Position numbers and translations under genes: made by a program
Shown: one piece after another, positions 12,832-32,261 of the stretch
How the letters are laid out: the number at the start of each line of letters is the position of its first letter
Numbering within the stretch: the stretch's first letter is position 1
Source: the human T2T-CHM13v2.0 reference genome, Homo sapiens
Reading direction: 5' to 3' (one strand)
DNA: 64,000 nt
Assembly: GCF_009914755.1 (NCBI RefSeq)
Contig: NC_060925.1
The notes under the pieces: model-generated
What the model saw: only the letters and a program-made list of their open reading frames with translations
Told to the model about the DNA's origin: nothing
Database searches by the model: none

Positions 12832-12999
12832 CTGTGAGATAAAAGAGAGAAATCAAGGTTAACGTTGAGATTTAGGGCTTCGGTAACTTGAAGGATGGAG
12901 CTGCCATTTACGGAGACTGGGAAGACCCAGGGAAGAGCAGGTTGAAAGGTGGTGGGAACTAGAGGTGGTTGGGTTTCTGTCATATGTAATCAACAGTCC

Positions 13000-16360
<3,361 letters not shown>

Positions 16361-16959
16361 TGAACTTCTGTATACTTCAGTAACTTTTCCAAGATTTCTT
16401 TGACGCAAAGTTCTCAGAAATCTTAAAGCTAGCATTTCAGAATAGAAAAAGTAGCTTCTGGTTCACTAGTGAAATTTTACCAATAGAATTTAAAAACAAA
16501 AAGCTACTAACGCATATCAGCTCAGAACACTACCAGCAGATCTTTTCTTTAACTTCCTGAAGCACTGGGATTCATTCTTTTGGCAAAGAAAGGATGAACA
16601 ACACTGTAACCCAAAGAAAAGATACCACTGCCAGAAAAGACTTCTTTTCGAAAGCAGCTCTAAGCAAAAGATAGGAGGAAAACAAGGAAGCCAGGCCAAA
16701 CGTCTTGGTTAACTCTCCGCTGAAAGGACGCCACATGAGATGATCTAAGAAGCCAGCCAGCCAGCCAGACGCAGGGAAATCACAGCAACTCTTTGGAGTG
16801 CAAACAGCAACCCCACAATCCAATCTACCCGAAATCCTGCGGTTCATTTGAGGCTTGCCCCGCTAGTCAGGAGGTGATTCAGTGATGGCTACAAATGCTG
16901 CTCATGTGCATCCTGGAGCTGGCACACCTGGCTTGCCCATCACCAGCCTGGAGACACCG

Positions 16960-18020
16960 CCAGGAGCAGAAGCCCGGAGGCCAGTAAAGACCCCAACTTT
17001 GCAAGTCAGGGGCGCGAGCGCGCTCGCCTCTCAGGTCCGCAGAGGGAACGGATTTCTGGCCTGGAGGGTGGGGTGCGGGGTCAGTGTCCTCTACAGGATA
17101 TAGGAGGACGTGCCCCCGAAGCTGCTCCGTCCCTCCACCCCCTGGGATGCCACAGAACACCCGCCAGCGAGTTTCTTCCCCAGCGCCCACGAGAGTTGGG
17201 CTGCGGGCGGCAGCGGCAGGCGAAGAATCCAGCGCGGGGAACTCAGGCCCCGGCGGTGCACGACACCCCACACCCCCCACCCGCCCCCGCGCTCGCGCAA
17301 CAAAACTTGCCACGGCCGCGCCTCGACCCAGCTGTGCGCCCGCGGGTCCCGGATTCACCGCCCGCCCAGCCTGGCGCGGCGCCCTCACCTCAGAAACGCT
17401 GGGTGGACTTCGCGTAACTTCCCATTCACAGGGCAGCCGGCAGCCGCGCCGCCGCGCCTCGGCCCAGCTCCTGGCGCCGCAGATCGCCCGTCCCGCGTTC
17501 CCAAAAGCACCGCGCTCGCTCAGAAGCTCGGGCAGCCTCGCGACCCTCACCTACGCCTCCCAGTACCGCCGCTGTCTCAACCGCCACCCAGCCCCTCGCC
17601 TGCGCCTGCGCCTGCAGCCCACTGGCTCCTCAGGATCCCGATGGGCGTGTCAGGATAACCCAAGGCGCAGGCGCGGCGGGGCCTTAAAGGGACCCGGCGG
17701 CCTCTTCTGCACAACGGGTTGGAGCAGGTTAGGGGCCGCGCAGGCGGAGAAAAGGAGTAACCCAGGGGAAGGACCGAGTGCAGCGGGGACGGGGAAATCC
17801 CTCTCTCCCCTCCGCCTGTCTTTCAAAGCACCAGCCCTCGACCCTCCAAATCGCTGGTTTCCCCGGCCACTTGAACAGCCCCTGCCAGGTTGAAGAGGCA
17901 GGAGACACACCCCCTCTGGGGCTGGAGCGACCCCGCGCTTAGGACTGCAGGCCTCGCGCTGCCGCACCGCCCCGAATCTGACTTCCAGGCACGGGCACGC
18001 GGTGCAGTCGGGCAGGCTTC
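16960..18020. promoter_or_regulatory. CpG-island promoter of NBPF (published as recruited from EVI5) with NRF1-like motifs
   Basis: Dense CpG and very high GC. TGCGCCTGCGCC at 17601-17612 and GCGCAGGCGC at 17665-17674 resemble NRF1 sites. The EVI5 origin is literature knowledge, not seen directly. Confidence 0.8.
17389..17660 (-). other. NBPF1: NBPF exon 1 (non-coding), TSS approximate
   Basis: Plus-strand 'ccctcac|ctcag' at 17382-17393 is a GTGAGG donor inside the CpG island. A second GTGAGG donor lies at 17550. Confidence 0.7.
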
Positions 18021-19371
18021 AGAAGAGCCCCCAGCTCTCCCAGAGGTGGCCTTAGGTCACTCTCAAAAAGAATAACCAACGTGTCAATGGCACTTGTAGT
18101 TATTTTCTAGTTTAAATTTATTAACAGATTTTGCAGATGGGCTTCCACTGAAATAAGCCTTTGAGAAAAAGAAAAACTTTTTTTTTCAACAGGATTAGAA
18201 TACCAAGAAATAGGAAGTAAAGCCATGCCGTCCACCCAGCTAAAAACTTTGAAAACTTGATATTTTATCTAAGGCAAATGTTTGCATAACTTTAGGTCAT
18301 GCCATTATTTAAAGTCAATTTCAATTAACAATTTCATTGCAACTGAATCTATCTTGTATAAGAAAACTAAGATACATCCCTGATAATCTACCTCTCCCCT
18401 CCTATACTCCATCCGTCAGCAAATCCTACTGGTTTTTACCTTCCAAATTTTCCTTGAATCTGTCCTCTTCTATCTCCTCCATCACCACCCTAGTCTAGGC
18501 TGCCTTCACCTGGGGAGTGAGGGTCGAGGGACTACTGACCTAGTCTTCTTGTGGTTTACCCATATCCCCTTTATCGCCTCTCTAATCTCAACACAACAGG
18601 CAGAGTGGCTTTTCCAAAATATAATGTGACCGTGTCACTTCCCAGCCTAAAGCACTTAAACACCTTCCCATTCTCTTAGACAAAACCTCCTAACTAACCA
18701 AGCCCCGAATGGCCAGGCGCCTTGCCCACTTCTTCATCTCTTCTCACTACTCAGACCAATTCCGTTCTGCTCTCTCTGCTCCAGCCAAACTGGCCTCTTT
18801 TATTCCCTATTTACCAGCTTCCTGGCCTCCACAGAGCTTTTGCTCATGCTTTGCTCTGTGCCTGGAAGGTTCTTCTAACCCCTATTCTTCTGAGAACAGC
18901 TGTAGTCTCCACCTCTGAAAAGCACCTTCTGACCTCCCTATGGTGGTCCCTTACTCCTATCACATTGCATGAAACTGTAATCGGGTGGTTATTTTGGTGA
19001 ATTTTTTACTATCGGCTACGTAAGCCCAGGGTTTGGTTTTGTTTGCTTCATGATTTGTATTTCCACATTTGTTAAATACATATTTGTTCATAAATGAGAA
19101 TGATGGATGCTAGAAGTTGAAGTAAATTTGGCATAAAGTCAGAGAAAGAGAAAATGTCACAATCTGACAGTTGGAGTCAGAATGTAGAAACTTCAGTTAT
19201 ATTAAAACTGATTTTATATCGTTTTAGGCTGAGTTGTCTTAGGATGCTTTGGGTAACCTTTAAAACTGAGTTCTCAAAGAGCCTTGTATAAACACCTGAA
19301 TTAATAATGATAAGCCATGGGGTGGCCCACATAAAACTAATAACATTGGTTGCTTTAAGAGAGGAAGACTG

Positions 19372-19701
<330 letters not shown>

Positions 19702-20334
19702 CTACTGGTGGGAAGGAGATTTTTACTAAATGCCCAAAAGGTTTAAAATTGTAACTTTTTTATTTCAAAGTCTGTGAAGATAAATGACACAAAAGAGCAC
19801 ATACCTTCCCATTTATTTGAAATTCTAGAAAGGGGAAAATTAATCTGTGGTGAAAAAATCATAGCAGTGGTTCCCTCTGGCAGGGGATTGACTGGGAAGT
19901 TACATGAGAGAAATTTCTGGGTGGTAAAAATGGTCTCTGTCTTGATAGGGATATGAGTTATATAAGTGTATTCATTTGTCAAAAAACATACAGTTAACAT
20001 TTCAATGAATGTAAATTTTACCTTAAAAACTATACGAATAAATGCAAATTTAAAATCTGCTAGCTAACACCTAGTTGAGTACTCAGTGTCTATGGGCATT
20101 GGCCGAGGCTATACATACACGATTTTCTTTAGTCCTCATACCGTCCTCATGGGGTAGGTATTATTATCATAACCCCCTTGCATATGAAGAAGCCAAAATG
20201 CAGTAAATACCAAATAACTTGCCTCAATTTATACCCCTGGAAAATGCGGGAAGAGCTTTAAACACCATCAGTCAAATGCCAGAAGTTGTTAAACATTAGA
20301 CTCTATAGCACTTCTCTGAAATTATAGTATTTTT

Positions 20335-20336
<2 letters not shown>

Positions 20337-20371
<35 letters not shown>
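20337..20371. repeat. (TA)n microsatellite
   Basis: Seen directly. Confidence 0.95.
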
Positions 20372-20373
<2 letters not shown>

Positions 20374-20461
20374 TCTACTAGATCAAGAGCTTCACAATGA
20401 TTGAAATCATAGTTTGTCTTTTTGTTTGAGGTTTATGTTTTTATTTTACTTCATTATTTTA

Positions 20462-20854
<393 letters not shown>

Positions 20855-22336
20855 CTACAGGCCCAATATTTTTGTCTTAAGTTTCTAAGCAGTCCCAAGA
20901 CTTTGCACAGTAGCTGTTCAATGTATTTTGAGTGAATGATTAAAAACAAGCTTGATGTCGATTTTATTGGTACAATTTATATTTACATATGTAATATTTA
21001 TATGCTTTTATATATTTATGTGTGCATGTATATAATTGGTACTAACTTAGCACTGCTGTGCCTAAGTGCCTGAGATGCATCTCAAATGAATAGGCCTGAG
21101 GAGAGAAGCTTGTGTCATTAGCTCTGACCCTGCAGCACTAATCCTGGTTTACCCCTTTCTTTCAGTCTCCCTGAGCACAATTTATTTGCTGAAAGGCCAC
21201 ATCTCACTATGGAGTGAGGATCAAGAAGTAAAGGTCTGAAAGAGAGAAGCTGCGGGGCTGGGGAGACTGTTGGTCGGAGAGGCGTCGGGGGCCCAAGGAA
21301 AAGGGAGGATTGTGGGGAGGAATCGGCGTAGAGATGAGAGGAGCAGCAGAGACAGAGTCTCACGCAGAGGTGTGCCCAGACACCCTGAACCAAGTTACTT
21401 AACCTCGTCCACCACCGTGGCACCCGTGGGGTCCGTGGGCCCGTCGGTCTTCCAGGAGGGATTCTGTGTCCCTGTTATTGTGTGTCAACATGTGTTAGCC
21501 TGATATTTATATTTTTAATGAGAGAAAACGAACTCTGGAATTTGCGAACTGTTTTTTCGGTTTTGCTTTACACCTCTTGGACACTCCTTCCGAAGGATTG
21601 GGTCTCAAGGGCAGTGGGGTGTGACTACGGTAGACAGGGCTGATTAATTTTCATCCAAAACTCTTTGGCGGATTCCCCTGCTCTCTGATTCTCCGGTCTA
21701 ACAGTAGTTTAAAACAGAAGATCAGCAACATTTGGAGAGTTTTTTTCTTTGCATTTTAATGATAAACTTGATTTATTCAATTCCAAAAGTTTTCTTATTC
21801 TGAGGTTGTCTTTCTATATTTTGAGTATAAAACAATGGCCATACTATGTTGGAACCACCAAGGTTCTTCTCTTCACTTGTTCATTTGTAATGTCTCTTTA
21901 TAATCTGAGAATTTCCTGAGCAAACTGGGAACTGTTATACATAATTCCTTGTTTTTCAACATTCTTTGTAAACAGGAATCAGGATTGGGGATGGGGAGGG
22001 AGGGAGGAGTAGGAGTCCTGATTTGTGGAACAGAAAATCATGGATTACTTATGTGATGGAGCAAAGGGTTTAAAAACTCTTAGCATCCCCAGATTTCCCC
22101 TTTTACTGTTTGCTGAAGAAAATTCTGTCTTTGACTCCCTTCCTTACCCTCTCCGGGCCTGTGAGAAGCTTCCTCCCTATTCAGTTTATTTCCTCCTCTG
22201 CTCCCCGACCCACCCCCCACAGCCCCCTCCTCTTTTTCAGTGAAGCCGCTGGAGGAAAGTCGGGTTTGGGAGAAGACCCACACAGGCAAGGACAGCAGGA
22301 GAACACTGACATAGTTACACTCTTGTCACCAGCACT

Positions 22337-22342
22337 TTTATT
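22337..22342 (-). terminator. Polyadenylation signal (AATAAA), probable 3' end of the CROCC pseudogene transcript
   Basis: Plus-strand tttatt about 680 bp downstream of the last CROCC exon, followed on minus by GT-rich sequence. Confidence 0.6.
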
Positions 22343-23355
22343 AAGACGTGAAAAGACAAAGACAACAGAGGAGAGCAGAGAATAATATCTCTGTTTCAGC
22401 TATTCCAGGATGTTATGCCAATTATCCAGAGTCCTTGATCTGATGTAGTAAAGAGCTAGGGACATTTTCCCTGAAGGCTTTGATTGCTGGCAAAATCTCA
22501 TTAAACGTGTATACATTCATAGGTTGGCCATAGGATGGATAAAAGAGCCTCTGGCCTACATCTGCCACGATACATGTGCAAAAATGCCCTCTGCAGCATT
22601 ATTTTTCATTGTAAAATAGCAGAACGAATTTATTATTCAATAATTATAAAATGGTCAAATGTATGTGACTATATTTGGACAATGAAAAATGCAGCTGTTA
22701 AAAGCAGACAATACTGATGATTCAGATGATGTTACTGATGAAAATAACAGATGACAATTATTGAGCATTTATGGCATTCTTACATGCATTACCTTATTTA
22801 AAGTTCAGAACTACCAAGGAAAAGAGTAACTTGTGGCAGGCGTGAGAGGTTCCGAGGCACAAAAGGAAGATAGGCATTCAAGGAACACCAGGATAGAAGA
22901 CCCAGAGTAGGAGAAGAGAGAGGAAGAGGAGTCCGCCAGATGGGATGCTGGAAACCGCGGGATAGCTCGGTGGAGAGAGGGCGCTCCTGCTCCGCAAGCC
23001 TCCCTACGACGGCAGGCCTACCCGGTCCTGCTCCTGCCGGCTCTGGGCATCTGGTTTCTGCCGCTCCATCTCCAGGGAGATGGTGGCCAGGCTGTGCCGT
23101 GTACCCATCAACTTCTCTGACAGCGCCATCTTCTCAGACTCCTTCAGAGACAAGGCCTGGGCAGAGGCAGGGGACAAAGGGCTTGGGGGATGGGCTGGTC
23201 CTGGGGGCATGCTCAGGCTTCTTGCTGCCTAGGAAATGTGCCCACTGGGGGCTTAGAGGCCTGAGTGTGCCACTGCAGGTGGACCCAGGGCAGACGTGCA
23301 GCCCTGGAAAAGGGCACAACGGCAGTCACAAGAATCCTGGACGTGGATACGTCCT

Positions 23356-23427
23356 GCGCCACTGCAATCCAGCCTAAGCAACAGAGCAAGACTCCGTCTC
23401 AAAAAAAGAAAAAAGAAAAAAAAAAAA
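23356..23427 (+). mobile_element. 5'-truncated Alu 3' end replacing most of a CROCC exon
   Basis: gcgccactgcaatccagcctaagcaacagagcaagactccgtctc plus A tail; no TSD visible. Confidence 0.85.
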
Positions 23428-24654
23428 GAGCTTTACCGCCACCTCCTGGAGAAGCGTGGTAACAACCACCCAAGGCCAGGGGTACTGCAGGGTGAGTGGC
23501 ATGCCCTGGAGCCATGCAGTCATAGCCTGCACCTCTGTCAGAGGCAGCCCTGTCTAGGATTTGGTGGCTGAGGGCCCCTGTCCCGAGGGCCACTCTGGAG
23601 AGCATGTCAGTGCCAGCAATCATAACTTATGGAGCATTTGCTAAGTACCAGTCACTATGCTAAGCCCTCTATGCAGATGGTCTCAGCTCATCCTCAATAC
23701 CTTCCACTATCCTATCCCTATTTCTACAGGTGGGGAAATGAAGGCACAGACACCTTGGGTAGCATCACCAGTAAGCGACCAAGATTAGATTCAAACCCAG
23801 GCAATATAACCCCAGAGTCAGTGTTCTAGTAACTTCCCTGGCCCCTTGCCTTTCTACATGCTCAGGTCTGCGTGGCCCTTCATATGGAAACTTCTTAGCA
23901 AATGAAAGTGCTTTCCTGCTGTACATTAGGTCAGCATTTCCCAAATGTGGTTGTGGACCCTCTGCATCAGGATTACCAGGGCTGGACCAGATTTGGGACC
24001 TGGGTATCTGAATGTCTAATAAGGACCACAACCTCCCCACCACCCCTCCAGTCCTCCCAGCTGTCCCCAGGGCCTCCACAACAGAGAGGGAGTCCCATTT
24101 CACAGATGTACAGACCGAGGCAGAGCAAGAACGATGATGAAACACTGGCTCAGACTTCTGCCCACCCCTCCCCAGCTGCCTGAACCTTTTCACGCTGGAG
24201 TCACTGTAAGTCCTCCTCGTGGGCTGCCCACTGCTCCCGCAGAGAGGCCTGGGCCTCCCGCTCAGCCTGCACCAGCTTCTGGGCCATCAGCTCCTTGTCT
24301 AGACTGGCTTTCTCCTGCGTAGCTATTATTTGCTGCCGCAGGCCCGCCAACTCCCCTGCACGAGAGGAATGGGGGAAAGGGCAGGGTTGGGTTGAAATTT
24401 TTCCTTGGGCCAGCAGACTTAGGCCAGTTGAGCCATATGGGCAAAATCCCAGAGGCAGAGGGCCTGTCTGGCATCCAGTTTGGGTCCTCTTGAAGAAGTG
24501 GCTTGTCCTCTCTGGGCCTCAGTTTCCCTATCTGCTACATGGGCCCACTGGCCCTGACCCCTTTCCTGCCTACCTAGAATGGCATTAAAGGCATAAAATG
24601 ACTGATGAGAAGGCCTCCCAAATGGGACGGATGTCAAACATATAACAACCCTAG

Positions 24655-25270
<616 letters not shown>

Positions 25271-26908
25271 TATTACTGACTCAGCACTTACTATGCGTCA
25301 AGCACCCAGCTAAGTATTTTAGACATAACCTCATTTTGTCTTCATAACATGCCTATGTAGTTTATCCTCATCCCCGTTTAACAGATGATGAAATGGAGGA
25401 TCAGAGGAGATCAGCAGCAACTTCCCACAGCTGCACAGCTACACATAAAGCATCTCCTTTAATGACTGACATGAACATACCTGTCAAGCGTTAACTATCA
25501 GCATTAATGGAAACGACTACAGGGAATGGAAATGGTATAGCCATCATCTAAAAACCATCTCCCGGGTTGGAAACCCACCAGCATTTCCCTTCCTGGTTCT
25601 GTCTGGCTCAGGTGTACATGGACAGGAAAATTAATTTCCATGACCCAAGTAGGTGCTTAGTCAATGTTAGATGAGCAGAAAGAAGCCCTGAGTTCAGAGA
25701 TTGGATGGGGAACGGTGCAGGGAAGTGGGGCTCGGATTCTGGGGCCAAGAGAGTCATCTGAAAACCACAGAGAACTCAGACTAACAGGCCTGATGACCGA
25801 TGAACAGCAGTTACTGTTGACTCAGCCAGGCACCGTGCCACGGCCTTACACGCTTTTCCCATGTCATCCTGGCAACAGGCTTAGAAGGTGGGCATTGCCA
25901 CCTCCAATCATCAGCTGAGGAATCTGCAGCCCAGAGAGGAAAGGGGCTTGCTCAAGGGAAGGTGAGATCTAAGTGGTGGCACAGGACTGGAACCCAGGCC
26001 AGCCAGACTCCTACTCCAGTGCTCCCAACTTCTGTGAGACTACAGACATTGGGAGGTTGCAGTCTGGGCTGGAACCTGGTGTTCCCCCCAAGTCCCCAGC
26101 CACTCGTACCAGTCAGGGTCTCCTTGGCCAGCAGCAGGGCCTGCCCCTCGGCTTCCAGCTGCTCCCGGCGGGCCTCAAGCTGGGCCAGCTGCCATTGCAC
26201 CTCAAACAGGCTGCCCTCCAGGGCTTCCTTCTCCAAGCTGCAGCACATACAGTCCCTGAGGCCCTGGGACTCAGCCTCCCTGGCCCCAGGAAACTGTGGA
26301 TCTCAGGGAGTGGCCAGGCATGGGCCAAGTGCCAATCTACCTGCCTGGCCAGGCCCACACTCCCTGGGGAAGCCTGAGCCCACAGCTAGGACGAGTTGGC
26401 AAGCCAGACTCCTTAGTAACTGCCCCTGGGGGCCCGTGCCTGGGTGAGGCTGGTCATGGCGTGGCCCCAGGAGGACCGCCCAGGGCGGGTTGGGCAGAGC
26501 CCAAGGCCTTACTGCAGGTGTGTGGCCTCCTCTGACACGGTCCTGCCTTCACGCTCCGCAGGCCGCCAGCTGCACAGCCAGGCCAGCGTGCTCCTTGGCT
26601 AGCGCCTCCTTCTCCCGGGCCACTCGCCCCAGCGTCTCCACCTGTCACTGGGCCTCCCACCGGGCCTGCTCCAGCTCCTGCTCCCGCCTGCTCAGCTGCC
26701 AGGAGAGCTGGCTCCCACCCAGAGACTGAGTAGCACTCCCAGCATCCCCCAGCTTGTTCATCGTGCAGCACCCCAACTCTGGGCCTAACCCAGTCCTGGC
26801 AGAAGGCCTGGGTTCGAGCCCAGGGTCTGCCCTGATGTGCTATATGTACTTGGGCAAGTCATGACCTTCTCTAGATCTGCAATGCACGTGTGTACAAAAA
26901 CCAGGGCC

Positions 26909-27810
<902 letters not shown>

Positions 27811-29721
27811 TAGCCCCATGTTATAAATGGGGCAACTGAGGTATGGGAGGTTGGGCAGCTTGTCCAAGGTCCCCAGCTAGGAGAAGTGGGACTGGATTTA
27901 ACCCAGAAGCAGGCTCCAGTGCCTGTGACTTAACCCAGGACTGGATGCAGGAGGCTGCGAGCCTGGCCTGCCCCACATGCTCTCCAGACCACCCCACACA
28001 CAGTTTGGCCTACCTGTGCTAGCTGCTCCTGCAGCCAACTGAGCTCATGGTGCAGTGTGGGGAGCTGTTGCTCCAGCGCCTCCTGGGCCTGCTCCGCCAC
28101 TCATAGGGAGCCCTCCAGGCCCTGCCGTGCCACCTCCTGCTCCAACCACAGCTCCTCCAGCCACTCCTGCTCTGCCGGCGCCACTGTGGCCTCCTGCTCC
28201 GCCTGCCGCTGCCGGCCCTGCAGCATGGCCTTTTCTTCCTCCAGCTGTGGGCCGGAAAGGAGTGGGGCCTCATGAGCAGGGCGTCCCTCCCAGGACCAGG
28301 ACGCCTCCTCCACCCACCCACCAGCCACGATAGCCCAGGGGAGGCTCCCAGGGAATGAGGGACAGGGCCCTTGGGTGTGTGGGACACTGGGGAGGGGGAG
28401 ATGAGGAGGGCCCATGGAGCGTCGGTGCTTTGACTCCTAGAGAGGACAGACAGACAGACGGAGATAGACAGAGAACCAGAGACAGAAAGGGAGGCAGGGG
28501 CCAAGACAGGTGCAGGGCCGGGCCCAGGGTGCCTCACTGAGTGGGGAGGACGGGTGGGCAAGGTAGGTGGGCCCGCAGGTGCACAGTGTACCTGGGTGAC
28601 AAGGCAGTTCAGATCCAACTTGTCCTGAGCAAGGCTCTCGTTGAGGGCGCTCAGCTTGGACAGGGAGTCCTGCAGGGAGGCCTCCTCTGCCCTCAGCTTG
28701 GTCACGGAGAGCTCGAGCTCCATGCGGCCAGCCTCAGCCTGCAGGGTCAGGCCCCAAGAGATGAGGAAGGGCAGAAAGGTCGGGAGGAGGTGAGGAGAGA
28801 CAAGAAGAGACCCAGAGAGATGGACCCTCGGAGACAGGGGAGGGGAGACAAGGAGGGGATACGGCGTGAGATGGAAAAAAAAATCACCGCAGAAAGCCTG
28901 CTGCTTATGGAGCCATTTAAAAGCCATGCACCGCAAAGCTGTGCAAAAATAGCTCAAGCTGCAGGGCAGGGCCAGAGTTCAGAGGATCCCCTGAGTAAGG
29001 TCTAGGGATAGCACTGCTCAGAGCCCAGGCTGCAGCGGACAGCGCAGGCCCCCCCGCCAAGGACCCTCTGCGCTGTGGCCACAACTCTCAGACTCCAGGA
29101 GCTGAATCTCAGGATGACCCTGAGCTATAGGCACTGCCCCCAGGAGCATCCAGAAGAGCAGGGATACGGCCATAAAGAGAGGTCAGTCCACTTATGGCTG
29201 GGACCAGAGGTCCAGAGGTCTGTGGCCTGTGACAAAGATCAGCCTGTATCCAGAAGGAAGGGGTCAGTCTGTGACCAGGCTCAGAGGTCTGCCTGACACT
29301 GGGACCAGTCTGTGCCAGAGTGACAAGGCTTGGGGCTGGGGGTCAGAGGTAGGTTTGTGGTTGTGCAGCAGACAGGGACCCACCTTGGTCAGCGCCTCGG
29401 CCACCTCGGTCTTCTCGGCCTGCAGCATGTCCCGTTGCAGCGTGGCGCGGCTCAGCGCCTCCCTCACCTCCACCAGCTCCTTGGCCAGGACTGAGCGCTT
29501 CCCTTCCAGCTGCTCTAGTTGTCTATGGCTGTGGGACAAAGGGTGGGTGGGTGGCCCATGTCACTTTCCTGCCCGAACCTCCTGTAGCCAGCAAGATGCT
29601 GGGCCGGGGACCAGGCCTGAGGCACGAGTTTGGAGAGAAACAGCCTGAGCCACAGGGCAACCAAGCCCACTACCGCTTAGCTCCATGACCCTGGGCCTCC
29701 GTTTTCACATCTGCAAAATGA

Positions 29722-30037
<316 letters not shown>

Positions 30038-31377
30038 CTGTTTTAAGGATACAAACTTCACATGTGCTTAAAATAGTGCCTGACACATCTCCCCAAGGAC
30101 CTTCAGAAACAAGAATAACATGCTCCACCACAGTCTACTAAACATCATCAGCGATCACGTCCCTGAGAGGTAAGCAGCGCAGTGGTGAAGAGGTTAACTC
30201 TGAAGGCAGAATGTCTGGGTTCAAATCCTGGCTCTTCTGCTAACTGTGTGACCTGGGGCAAGTGACATGGCTTCTCTGTGCCTCAGTTTACCATCCACAA
30301 AATGGAGATAACAGCTTCTATGTCACAGAGTTATCATGGAGTTAAATGAGAGAACTGAATTGCTTAAAATGGTATCTGGCACTTAGTGAAATTAGTAAGG
30401 ATATTATTATTCTTCTAACTAAATTTTTAAAATACTACTACTAATATTACTACTGTTATTTTAATTATTCTTGTTATTATCATCCAAGTTCTACCTTTTA
30501 ACTAGTTCTCTGACTCCAGGTAAGTGACTATACCTCCCTGAGCCCCAGTTTCCTGAAATGGGTCTGGTTAGAAAACCCGACATCAGAGGGGTCCAGACGG
30601 TAGGAGGCCCAGGACCCAGTGGGTGTCACCTAACCCCATGGGGGCACTGTCAGGGGACCCGAGGCACATTTGAAGGGTCCTGGCAGGGAGGTGAGATGCT
30701 GCTAACCTGCGCTCAAGCTCCCGGCGAACCCGTGCGCCATTCTGCACCGCCTCTTCCTGCTCTTCCTCCAGCCGGTCCCGCTGGCGCTGCAGCTCCTCCT
30801 GGGCAACCTGCAGCTTCTCCCGCTCCTGCGGCAGCTCCTCGGCCTGCTGCTGGGCCACCTGCAGGCTGTGGGCCAGGTTGCTCTTCTCCCTTCAGGACAA
30901 GGGGAGCGGGAGCAGAGGGGATGCTGGGGCTGCTCTCTCCAGGGAAGGTGGCTGGCTGCTCCTCTAGCCATGAGCTACATCCTCCCGTCTTCCAAGGCAC
31001 CTGCCTCCAGGAAGCCTTCCCTGACCCTGCCCATAGCAGACTCATTTCACTCACACACTCCAGCAGAAGAACCTGGCTTTCCTTCTCCCCAGCCCGCCCA
31101 CTTAGAGTGGATGGAGGTGCTGGCGTGATCTCTAAGCACTCTACCACGTAGAAGAGGCCAGGCTAGGCTCCTGGGACACACAGGCAATTGTGCCACCAGT
31201 TCTGCTAGGCCATGTGACCAGGAAATGTCCCCTAGAACACCCCATGCCCCTCAATTCTGGGAAGCCTGATAGAGCTGAGTCTGCAGATCCCACAGCTTCC
31301 TGCTACACAGGCACATGGTGGCCACGGCAGGGGAGGGAGGAGAAGGGAACAACTAGGACCCCAAAGACTTGCTGTGA

Positions 31378-32261
<884 letters not shown>

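Noticed and set aside
16879-17967. Long overlapping ORFs (223, 269, 182 aa) in the CpG island
   Set aside because: They occur on both strands, are Pro/Arg/Ala-rich and have no domain. Stop-codon depletion in GC-rich DNA explains them.
28019-28957. 312-aa ORF containing rootletin peptide
   Set aside because: It reads through intron sequence and enters the next exon out of frame, so it is not a CDS.
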